From: Candidatus Binataceae bacterium
GTDB taxonomy: Bacteria; Desulfobacterota; Binatia; Binatales; Binataceae
Reading direction: 5' to 3'
Length of the DNA: 64,000 nt
NCBI GenBank assembly: GCA_030038355.1
Contig: JASHPB010000273.1
Span: forward strand, 85,221 to 149,220
In this document: piece after piece, positions 56,462-64,000 of the stretch
How the letters are laid out: the number at the start of each line of letters is the position of its first letter
How positions within the stretch are numbered: position 1 is the stretch's first letter
The notes under the pieces: model-generated
Seen by the model: only the letters and a program-made list of their open reading frames with translations
The model's database searches: none
What the model was told of the DNA's origin: nothing
Program-made: the position numbers and the translations under genes

Positions 56462-57280
56462 ATGCCCGAGGCGAAAATCGGCGAGATCAAGGTTCACTAC
56501 GATGTTTATGGCGCCGGCGAGCCGCTGCTCATGATCATGGGACTCGGCGCGAGCTCCGCGACGTGGCAGCCCGCGTTGGTTCAGACGCTAGCTGAGTCGT
56601 TCGGCGTAATCACGTTCGACAATCGCGGCACGGGCCAGACCGATAAACCGGATGCGCCGTACTCGATCGAGATGTTTGCGGATGACGCTGCGGGCCTGCT
56701 CGACAACCTAAATATCCCGGTCGCCCACGTCTTTGGCGTGTCGATGGGCGGCATGATCGCGCAAGAGTTCGCATTGCGCCACAAGCCGCGCGTTGCGACG
56801 CTCACCCTCGGATGCACGACTGCGGGCGGTCAGCACTCGGTGCCACCGCCGCCCGAATCGCTAAAAGTGCTCACTGCGCCGCGCGAGGGTGTGGCGCCCG
56901 AGGAAATCATCCGGCGCGGATGGCCCCTCGGCTACACCGCGGGGTTCATTGCCGAGCATCGCGAAGAACTCGAAGCCTCGCTTGCGCGGATGCTCAAGCA
57001 TCCGACGCCTCCGTTTGCGTTCCAGCGTCAGCTCGAAGGCACCTACACGCTGAAGACCTGGGATCGCCTGCCGCAGATCGATGCGCCGACTCTGGTAGTC
57101 ACGGGCGCCGCGGACGTTCTTATCCCGGCGAAGAATTCGGAGCTCTTGGCGAGCCAGATTCCGGGCGCCAAGCTGCATATCATCCCCGACGTCGGCCACA
57201 GTTTTATGCATGAGGCACAGAACGAATTCCTGAAGGTCTTCGTACCATTCGTGAAGGAGCATCCGATCGAGGACGAGTAA
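56462..57280 (+). CDS. Alpha/beta hydrolase
   Basis: GGGAGAG Shine-Dalgarno. The nucleophile elbow GVSMGG and a C-terminal His (VGHSF) are present. Confidence 0.85.
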   Translation: MPEAKIGEIKVHYDVYGAGEPLLMIMGLGASSATWQPALVQTLAESFGVITFDNRGTGQTDKPDAPYSIEMFADDAAGLLDNLNIPVAHVFGVSMGGMIAQEFALRHKPRVATLTLGCTTAGGQHSVPPPPESLKVLTAPREGVAPEEIIRRGWPLGYTAGFIAEHREELEASLARMLKHPTPPFAFQRQLEGTYTLKTWDRLPQIDAPTLVVTGAADVLIPAKNSELLASQIPGAKLHIIPDVGHSFMHEAQNEFLKVFVPFVKEHPIEDE

Positions 57281-57353
57281 GAGACGTTCGCAGTCGCCAC
57301 GCCATTGTTGTCCCGCCGTCGCAGCGCGTTCCGTCAGCGCTAGCGCTCAGCTG

Positions 57354-59075
57354 TTGCCAGAGCGCGTGCCACGCGTCTTAAACTCGGACGTGGCTTCATT
57401 TCACAACTTCGCGCTCGTATGCCAGGAACTTGGGCAGACGCAAAGCCGTCTCCAGATGGCCGAGACGGTCGGCACATTTCTCGCCGCGCTCAACATCGAT
57501 GAGGCAGAAATCGCGGCACGTTTCATGGTCGGTCGTGCGCTCGAGCAAGGCGAAGAAAAGCGCTTGCAGGTGAGCGGGCGCGCGATCTGGAAAATCGTCG
57601 CTGAAATCACGCGCGCCGAGGATGACGGCGAGGAGATTTTCACCGCGGCCGAAGATTTCGGCGAAGCGATGCAAATGATGCTGCGCCGGCGTGCCGTCGA
57701 TCCCGAGCCGACGCTCACGATCGCGGAGCTCGACGCAAAATTTCACGAAATCGCCGACATCGAAGGGCGTCACGCCCGCACTCGCAAGCTCGCAGCGCTC
57801 AAGGTGCTCTTTGAACGCGCGAGCGCGCTCGAAGGCAAGTACATCGCGAAGATCCTGATTCGCGAGATGCGCCACGGAGTGAGTGAAGGCCTGATGCTCG
57901 AGGCGATCGCGCGGATGGCGAATCATCCCGTGGCCGAGGTGCGCCGCATCAATCAGCTCGAGGGGGATGTGGGCCGCGTGGTGCGAATCCTGCGCGCGCC
58001 CGAGGGCGGCGCGATCGAAGCCGCGGCGTCGCGGCCGCCGTCGCGCGCCGTCAAGCCACTCAAGCCGATGCTCGCCCAGCCAGCCGACGAGGTTGCCGAC
58101 GCGTTCGCGATTCTCGGCCGCGACTTCGCACTGGAGCAGAAGCTCGATGGCGCTCGCGTGCAGATTCATCACTTTGCTGGCGGCGACGTCAAAATCTTCT
58201 CCCGGCGCCTGAACGAGATCAGCGAGAGCCTACCCGAAATTGCCGAGGCAGTGCGCAAGCTCGGCGACCGCGCCGCAATCATGGACGGCGAAGTGATCGC
58301 GATCGGTGCCGATGATCGCCCGCTCGCCTTCCAGGAGCTGATGCGCCGTTTCGGACGCACACGCGATATCGAGCGCTTGAAAATCGAGCAGCCGATCCGT
58401 CTCTACCTTTTCGATCTGCTTGCACTTGACGGCGCGCTCACGATCGACGGCAGCTACTCGGAGAGAACCGCCGCGCTGGCCGAGTTGGCGAACGGCGCGG
58501 GACTTACGATGGTGAGGCGGACGATCAATCCGACTCTGCCCGAGGCGGAGCAGTTCTTCCGCGATTCGATCGCGGCGGGCTACGAAGGTGTTGTCGCCAA
58601 GTCGCTCGCGAGCGCTTACACGCCCGGCGCGCGCGGCAAGGGTTGGCTCAAGATCAAGCAGGTGCGCACGCTCGACTTGGTCATAATCGCGGCGGAGTGG
58701 GGCTACGGCCGTCGCCACGGATGGCTCTCCAACTATCAGCTCGCGGCGCGCAACGGATCAGAGGCCGGCTTTGCGATGATCGGCAAGACTTTCAAAGGGC
58801 TCACCGACGATCAGTTTCGCGAGATGACCGAGCGGCTGCTCGCGCTCAAGACCGCCGAGCATGGCGGCACGGTTTTCGTCGCGCCGAAGATCGTCGTGGA
58901 GGTCGCCTACAACGATATCCAGCGGAGTCCGACCTACTCCGGCGGGATGGCGCTCCGTTTCGCGCGCATCGTGCGGATTCGCGATGACAAATCACCCGAA
59001 GAAGCCGACACGCTCGCGACAGTTGCCGAGGACTACGAGCGACAAATCCTGAAGCCGCTCGCGCGCAAGCAGTAG
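57354..59075 (+). CDS. ATP-dependent DNA ligase (LigB-like: DNA-binding, adenylation and OB domains)
   Basis: The adenylation motif I, KxDG, reads EQKLDGARVQIH. Further ligase motifs are FDLLALDG, EGVVAK and WLKIK. TTG start. Alternative starts exist downstream. Confidence 0.85.
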   Translation: MPERVPRVLNSDVASFHNFALVCQELGQTQSRLQMAETVGTFLAALNIDEAEIAARFMVGRALEQGEEKRLQVSGRAIWKIVAEITRAEDDGEEIFTAAEDFGEAMQMMLRRRAVDPEPTLTIAELDAKFHEIADIEGRHARTRKLAALKVLFERASALEGKYIAKILIREMRHGVSEGLMLEAIARMANHPVAEVRRINQLEGDVGRVVRILRAPEGGAIEAAASRPPSRAVKPLKPMLAQPADEVADAFAILGRDFALEQKLDGARVQIHHFAGGDVKIFSRRLNEISESLPEIAEAVRKLGDRAAIMDGEVIAIGADDRPLAFQELMRRFGRTRDIERLKIEQPIRLYLFDLLALDGALTIDGSYSERTAALAELANGAGLTMVRRTINPTLPEAEQFFRDSIAAGYEGVVAKSLASAYTPGARGKGWLKIKQVRTLDLVIIAAEWGYGRRHGWLSNYQLAARNGSEAGFAMIGKTFKGLTDDQFREMTERLLALKTAEHGGTVFVAPKIVVEVAYNDIQRSPTYSGGMALRFARIVRIRDDKSPEEADTLATVAEDYERQILKPLARKQ

Positions 59076-59134
59076 CGCGGCGCGCAAACCTCGACGCCTG
59101 AATTTGATGTGCTTCGTTGACGAAGAAAGCCGGC

Positions 59135-59356
59135 CTAGTGACGATAGTGATTGCGCTGATGGCTCGGGTCGTGTGCGTCATGCAACGCCATCGCGATCGC
59201 TTCAATCTCGGACTCGCCGAAATCTTCGAAGAGGAATTCTTCGGTGTCGCCCTCACGCTCGAATCTTTCGTAGAGATCGCAGCACCAGCATTGCGGGCCG
59301 AGCTGGCGCGTGCGCAGGATAAAGACCTCGTCACCAACCACTTCCACGCGTTCCAT
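59135..59356 (-). CDS. Small hypothetical protein (73 aa) containing CWCC
   Basis: ATG start with a GGAGGTGG Shine-Dalgarno 4 nt upstream. The sequence is acidic. No family was recognised. Confidence 0.5.
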   Translation of the reverse strand: MERVEVVGDEVFILRTRQLGPQCWCCDLYERFEREGDTEEFLFEDFGESEIEAIAMALHDAHDPSHQRNHYRH

Positions 59357-59476
59357 AAAGCCACCTCCAGTGTTCGGAATGGCCCTGGCGCGGAGGCCGA
59401 GGAGATTAACTTTTTAGCATAATCGCAGCAGCAAGGCTAATCGTGCGAATTGCAATTGCGCTTCAATTCTGCGCGA

Positions 59477-60043
59477 TTATTCGGAGCGATCCAACTTTTT
59501 GACCCAATCGCGGAGGGCCGCTTCGGTCGTGTGGAACGCGATGTCCTGCCAAGGGAGTTCGTTCGGCGCGAAGTACTTCACCTGCCACGCCTCCTCGGTG
59601 CACCTCGGAGGATCATCAGCGGGCGCGGCGAGGAAAACCGCGATCGCCGGGCTCGGATGCTTGGGGTCCGCGTAGATGCCGAGGAGCTCGCCAAGTTTCA
59701 CGTGCATCCCCACCTCCTCGAGTGTCTCGCGAAGCGCCGCTGTGCCTACCATCTCGCCGAAATCGACGTAGCCGCCGGGGAATGTCCACTTGCCGCGGCG
59801 CGGCTGATTGCCGCGGCGCAGCAGCAGCGCGCGACCGTCGGCGTCCACCACCAGGCATCCGGCGACCAGCTTCGGCTGTGGAAAGTGGACGAAGCCGCAC
59901 TGCGTGCAGGCCTTGAGCCGCTTGTTGTCGGGCATCACGGTGCGATATTCCATCGCCCCGCCGCATAGCGGGCAGAACTTGATCTGCGCGGGATACTTCC
60001 GCTGCAAATTGTGGTCGGCGTGGACGATTTCGTCGCTCATCAA
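59477..60043 (-). CDS. NUDIX hydrolase with an N-terminal zinc ribbon
   Basis: The Cys pairs read CPLCGG...CTQCG. The Nudix box reads GKWTFPGGYVDFGEMVGTAALRETLEEVG. Confidence 0.8.
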   Translation of the reverse strand: MMSDEIVHADHNLQRKYPAQIKFCPLCGGAMEYRTVMPDNKRLKACTQCGFVHFPQPKLVAGCLVVDADGRALLLRRGNQPRRGKWTFPGGYVDFGEMVGTAALRETLEEVGMHVKLGELLGIYADPKHPSPAIAVFLAAPADDPPRCTEEAWQVKYFAPNELPWQDIAFHTTEAALRDWVKKLDRSE

Positions 60044-60058
60044 CTTTCTCCGCGCGTG

Positions 60059-62641
60059 CTATGCCGTGAGACGCCGCACCAGCGCCTCGCCAATCAGCAG
60101 GAGCATCGCGGCGACGATCAGAAACCGATTCAATGACTCGCGCCGCTCGATAACCGGCCGCGCGTTGGTGATTTCCGAGATGGCAGGATTCAGCCGCCCG
60201 CCCGTTGCCGACGCGAGCTGCTCGAGCAGGCCGAAGTTCGGTTCGGGCCGCGGCACTTCGGCATTCACCGCCGGGCTCACCGTGTATGCGAGCGGCGGGA
60301 ACTTCTGCTCCCTGCCGAAGGCTGCGTGCACCTGGAAATAATAGTTGCCCGGCTCAGCCGCCTCGACCGAGCCCGACAACTCGCCCGGAACGTCTTCGCT
60401 GAGAGTAGTTTCGATCTTGCTGCCGTCAGGCCGCGTCACGATCGCATTGACAACGTGCACGATACCAGCGCTCGCGGTGCCGTAATCAGTCAACTTGATC
60501 TTGATCCGGCCGCCGATATAGCCGAGCGCCACGTCGATCTTCGGCTCCGAGGGCGCCTCCGGCGTCAGCCAAACGAGCAAACGGTCCCACACCGGCTGGA
60601 ACACGTTGGAGCGAACCCACTGCCCGGACCATCGCCCGCTCGCGTCGGTGGTGACGGCGAGGGCCTTGCCCGCGCCGTATCGCCAACTCGCGACGATCGG
60701 CTCTTTCGCGCCATTGCGATCGACGTACACGCTCATGTCGGCGCTCGGCTTCAGATCGGTAGAGTCGTAGCCCAGAATCGGAGGCAATTGGCGGCCGGCG
60801 AGATCCTTGAGCACCTGGTCGGGTGCGGTGGTATGCGGCGCGAAACTTTTCTCGACCATCGTCGCCTCGCCGCCATGGGCCTGGAAATCCTCCACGAACA
60901 ACTCGGGCAGATTCTGCGGGCTGTCGGTCTGGTAGTACGCGCCGCCGCCATAGCGCGCGATCGCCTGCAGCAATGCGACGTTCGCTTCGCGGCCGATCGC
61001 GATCGTCGAGATCGTCGCGCCCATCTCATGATGCATCCGCGAAACGAGATCGTAGTACATGTCGGGGGTGCCGCCCGTCTCACCATCGGTCAGGATGACG
61101 ACGTGCATTATCTGCGCGCCGCTGCTCGCCAAATCATGCTCCGCCTGTCTGAGCGCGGGAATCAGAAACGTCTGGCCGTGCGCCGCAAGCTGGCCGACCA
61201 TCTTGTCGAAGTAGGGCTTTGCCTGGCTGAAGGGCTCGAGCGGCACGACCACGAACGGCTGAGAGTCGAAGCCGATGACGCTCACGAGATCGGAATCCTT
61301 GAGACTTCTCGTGACCGTTACCGCCGCGGCCTTGGCGTAGTTGAGCTTATTGTCACGGCCCATCGAGCCCGACTTGTCGATAATCAGGACCAGAGCGCGT
61401 TGGCGCTCGCGATGCTGCGGCGGCTTCATGATGACCGGCAGCACCTTTTCGAGCGGGCTTGACTCATAGCCGCCGAGGCCAAAGCTCGAATCACCGCCGA
61501 TCATCGCAAGCGAGCCGCCCCGCTCGACGTAGGCGGCGAGCGCTGATTGCGCCGCGGGCGCGAGCCGCTCGCGCGGCACATTGTTGATCAGGATCGCGTC
61601 GTAACCGGCCAGGTTGCCGCTCCACTGGCCGGCTGTGACCGGGACAACCGTGGGATCGAGACCCATCCGGCGTACCACCGTGTCGAGATACTGCGCGTCG
61701 CGCGAGTTGTCAGTCAGGATCAGCATCTTGCGCTGCGCGCCGACACCGACCCAGCCCTTGAGGGAATCATCTTCAAGGTAAACATCGAGCGCGGGATCGT
61801 CGGCTTTGAAACTCGCGCTGTAGGAGGCGAGGCCCGCTTCTTCCGTCCGCACCGGGAAATCGAAGCGCTGCTCGCCGGGCTTGAGCGTCACCCTGCGCTG
61901 ATCGATTTGCGCGTCGTCGCGGTAGACGGTGATCGTTCCCGGCACGTCAGCGTCGTTGAGATTCAGCATCGTGACGCCGAGCGCAAAGGGCGCGGCCTTG
62001 GCGAGGGCGGGCGGTAGCGTGAGCGCGGTCATGGCGACGTTGGGAATCGACTTGGCGCCCGGCGGCGTGAAGATATCGAGGCGAATCTGCGCCGAGAGGA
62101 GGGAGCTGATGGCGCGCCCCATGTCACCGCGATTTTCCCATCCGTCAGTTACGAGCACGGCGGGGCCGCCGTGCGCGTCGGGATCGGCCGCGAGATGGAA
62201 GAGCGCGGTTTCGATATCGGTGGCCGAAGGAGCGCATGCTGTGCAAGGCCGCTCGGAATCGAAATCCTTCTCTACCGATTCGATTGTGCCGGGCAGGGTC
62301 TTCGAGCCGAACGTGAGCGCCGGATCGCTGCCGCGCAGTTTCAACTGATCGCGCAGCAAGGCGGCCGTCCAGGTGCGCATCGCCGGCGTGATGCTCGCGG
62401 AGGCGTCCACAACCGCGGGGCGCGCCGCGCCTTCGCTCCGCATCACCTGCTGAGGATTTGCGAGAGCGAACACGAATAGCGCCAGCACCAGCGCGCGCAT
62501 GACCGGCGCCCAGATGCCGCGCATCTCGGGCGAGAAGAGCAGTCCCCACACCAGCACCACCGCGGGAACAGCGAGCAGATAAAGCGCCTCGCGATGGGCG
62601 AGAATGAGGTCGTGCGGGATGAAATCGGGAAGCACGCTCAT
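60059..62641 (-). CDS. Large membrane-anchored VWA-domain protein, a paralogue of the protein at 27611..30196
   Basis: An 860-aa ORF. It has an N-terminal TM segment (ALYLLAVPAVVLVWGLLF), a VWA core (LVLIIDKSGSMG) and a C-terminal TM segment. The stop overlaps the start of the upstream gene by 4 nt. Confidence 0.8.
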   Translation of the reverse strand: MSVLPDFIPHDLILAHREALYLLAVPAVVLVWGLLFSPEMRGIWAPVMRALVLALFVFALANPQQVMRSEGAARPAVVDASASITPAMRTWTAALLRDQLKLRGSDPALTFGSKTLPGTIESVEKDFDSERPCTACAPSATDIETALFHLAADPDAHGGPAVLVTDGWENRGDMGRAISSLLSAQIRLDIFTPPGAKSIPNVAMTALTLPPALAKAAPFALGVTMLNLNDADVPGTITVYRDDAQIDQRRVTLKPGEQRFDFPVRTEEAGLASYSASFKADDPALDVYLEDDSLKGWVGVGAQRKMLILTDNSRDAQYLDTVVRRMGLDPTVVPVTAGQWSGNLAGYDAILINNVPRERLAPAAQSALAAYVERGGSLAMIGGDSSFGLGGYESSPLEKVLPVIMKPPQHRERQRALVLIIDKSGSMGRDNKLNYAKAAAVTVTRSLKDSDLVSVIGFDSQPFVVVPLEPFSQAKPYFDKMVGQLAAHGQTFLIPALRQAEHDLASSGAQIMHVVILTDGETGGTPDMYYDLVSRMHHEMGATISTIAIGREANVALLQAIARYGGGAYYQTDSPQNLPELFVEDFQAHGGEATMVEKSFAPHTTAPDQVLKDLAGRQLPPILGYDSTDLKPSADMSVYVDRNGAKEPIVASWRYGAGKALAVTTDASGRWSGQWVRSNVFQPVWDRLLVWLTPEAPSEPKIDVALGYIGGRIKIKLTDYGTASAGIVHVVNAIVTRPDGSKIETTLSEDVPGELSGSVEAAEPGNYYFQVHAAFGREQKFPPLAYTVSPAVNAEVPRPEPNFGLLEQLASATGGRLNPAISEITNARPVIERRESLNRFLIVAAMLLLIGEALVRRLTA

Positions 62642-64000
62642 GCCTCCGCGAGGATGCGCCGGCGCCGCCGGTATGCGATCAGCGCCTCGAGTGTGAGCAA
62701 GGCGATGATCGCGATGATCAAATCCGAGCTCAGTGAAGACTTCTCGTTGGCAGGCTGCACTTCCGCTCCGCCCGTCGTCTCGATTCTGAACTGCGGCAGA
62801 TTCTGCAAATCCGAGACGCTCAGATCAGCCAGGTTGATTGCGCGCGGCGTGCGCGAGCCGTCGCCGGTCTCGAGGTCATAGACGCCCTGCTGATCGACGT
62901 CGGTGAAAAGCGTGCCTGGCGTGGTCCTTCGCTTTCGTCCGGACGGCAAAATCACGCGCGTCACTCCAGCCGGCACCAGCCAAGGCTGCCCGGTGCGAAA
63001 TCCCGCGCTGCTCTGGCCAAGGCCTGCGAGGTAGCCGAGTGCGTTGAGCGTCAGAATCGACATCGGCAGGTTCCGCCGCCCGAGATATGGAAAGGGATTG
63101 AAGCCGGTAGCGACAAAGCGATGGCCACCGCGCTCGCCGCGAAGCATTAGCGCGCCGCCGTCGCCGCTGACTACGGCGGACATCCACTGGTTCTGCGCTA
63201 GATACTCGCCGCGCTGGAGGTTGAGCAACCGGAAATTTATCGAGTCGCTGAGCGGATCCGTGTTGCGCCATCCGGCGATTTGGAGCGGTGCCGCCGCGGT
63301 CGTCGTGAAATCGAAAACCGGGTCGCTGGCCGGCGGCATCACGAGCAGCGAATTCACCGGCGGCAAATCCTTGGGGACTGTGTATTCGAAAATGGCGAGG
63401 TCGGCTGCAGCGAGGTCAGCCGGTGTGAACGAATCAGGAGTCCGCGTCGTCACCGACACCCCGGGAATCGAGTCAAGGCCGTCGGCGTCGCGGGGAGTCG
63501 GGCTCACGAAGACGATTGGCACCGACCTGACCGCGCCCGCAGTCGCATAGGCAACGTTGTCGAGTGCGAAATCGTCGGGAGGCGTAAGCTCGGCACGATA
63601 GATGCCGGCGGGCGCGAGCGAGGGAAATTCGACGGCGCCAGTCTCGCCCGGGCCGAGCGCGAGCTTCGCGCGGGCCAGCTCGCGGCCGTCGCCAGAAATC
63701 GCGACCTCGAAGGTTTTCGACTCGGTGGAGAAGTTGCCGACGGTGAGGGCCGCGTGCAGCGCCTCAGCGCCGAATGCCTCGCGCCGGAGAGAGAATGATC
63801 CAATACCGGCGTTGGGCACGGCGTCGCCAACCGCGATCGCGTGAATCTTGGGCGGAATTGGCGCCGCAAATGCATTGGCTCCCGCATAGATGATTCGATT
63901 GAAACGCCCTTCCGACGCGATATCGGTCAGCATCGCGGTGACCGCCGATTGCTGGTTGGGCGCGTCGATCGGGTTCAACCCGGCGAGCGCGGCGCGAGCC
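62638..64000 (-). CDS. BatA-like protein, C-terminal part. The N-terminus lies beyond the right window edge.
   Basis: The minus-strand frame stays open to position 64000. The Met in the ORF track at 63978 is a TTG inside the open frame. There is a C-terminal TM segment (IIAIIALLTLEALIAY). The architecture matches the C-terminal region of the BatA-like gene at 25738..27618. Confidence 0.7.
   Translation of the reverse strand, partial: ARAALAGLNPIDAPNQQSAVTAMLTDIASEGRFNRIIYAGANAFAAPIPPKIHAIAVGDAVPNAGIGSFSLRREAFGAEALHAALTVGNFSTESKTFEVAISGDGRELARAKLALGPGETGAVEFPSLAPAGIYRAELTPPDDFALDNVAYATAGAVRSVPIVFVSPTPRDADGLDSIPGVSVTTRTPDSFTPADLAAADLAIFEYTVPKDLPPVNSLLVMPPASDPVFDFTTTAAAPLQIAGWRNTDPLSDSINFRLLNLQRGEYLAQNQWMSAVVSGDGGALMLRGERGGHRFVATGFNPFPYLGRRNLPMSILTLNALGYLAGLGQSSAGFRTGQPWLVPAGVTRVILPSGRKRRTTPGTLFTDVDQQGVYDLETGDGSRTPRAINLADLSVSDLQNLPQFRIETTGGAEVQPANEKSSLSSDLIIAIIALLTLEALIAYRRRRRILAEA

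Noticed and set aside
1-64000. Search for tRNA, rRNA, tmRNA, RNase P, CRISPR repeats, transposases and integrases
   Set aside because: There are no T-arm or anticodon-arm-like structures in any intergenic region. There are no regularly spaced direct repeats. There are no DDE or tyrosine-recombinase motifs in any frame I inspected. Infernal was not run.

Overview
This 64 kb window is high-GC (about 65%), strongly Shine-Dalgarno-using bacterial chromosome. Most of it is housekeeping and catabolic genes. I found no tRNA, rRNA, CRISPR array, transposase or integrase.

Main coding content:
- Two D-aminoacylase-family amidohydrolases, one of them cut by the left window edge.
- A family IV esterase, a tandem ChrR-type cupin protein, a nitroreductase, a DUF1329-like secreted protein and an acyl-CoA dehydrogenase.
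- A minus-strand operon of 2-oxo-acid dehydrogenase E1alpha, E1beta and E2 with no E3, followed by an M20 peptidase and a FIST sensor.
- Endonuclease III, a family III CoA-transferase, a HIBADH-like reductase and an outer-membrane beta-barrel protein.
- A Bat-like membrane locus: a membrane protein with a long disordered tail, then MoxR ATPase, DUF58, a BatA-like protein and a large double-VWA protein.
- A second BatA-like/VWA pair on the opposite strand; the BatA-like gene is cut by the right window edge.
- Three SDRs, an F420-type LLM oxidoreductase, DUF72, a bactofilin and an alkaline-phosphatase-superfamily phosphodiesterase.
- A 1118-aa protein with zinc ribbons, a class III nucleotide cyclase domain, a STAND ATPase and TPR repeats.
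- A PBP5-type D,D-carboxypeptidase, a glycosyltransferase-methyltransferase fusion, an ATP-dependent DNA ligase and a NUDIX hydrolase.

The less ordinary features are:
- a two-copy MITE-like repeat family, with one copy sitting between E1beta and E2 inside the operon;
- several decayed genes: a phage-type GH24 lysozyme, an outer-membrane-protein remnant, a Sel1-repeat gene with two frameshifts, and a membrane-protein remnant with an in-frame stop;
- three co-directional low-complexity ORFs (acidic, Gly/Pro-rich, Ala/Gly-rich) with a TGATGA stop-start overlap;
- an unusually AT-rich intergenic segment with direct repeats next to an AlpA-like HTH gene;
- several perfect palindromes in promoter regions.

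Every family assignment comes from reading motifs in the ORF translations. No database search was run.
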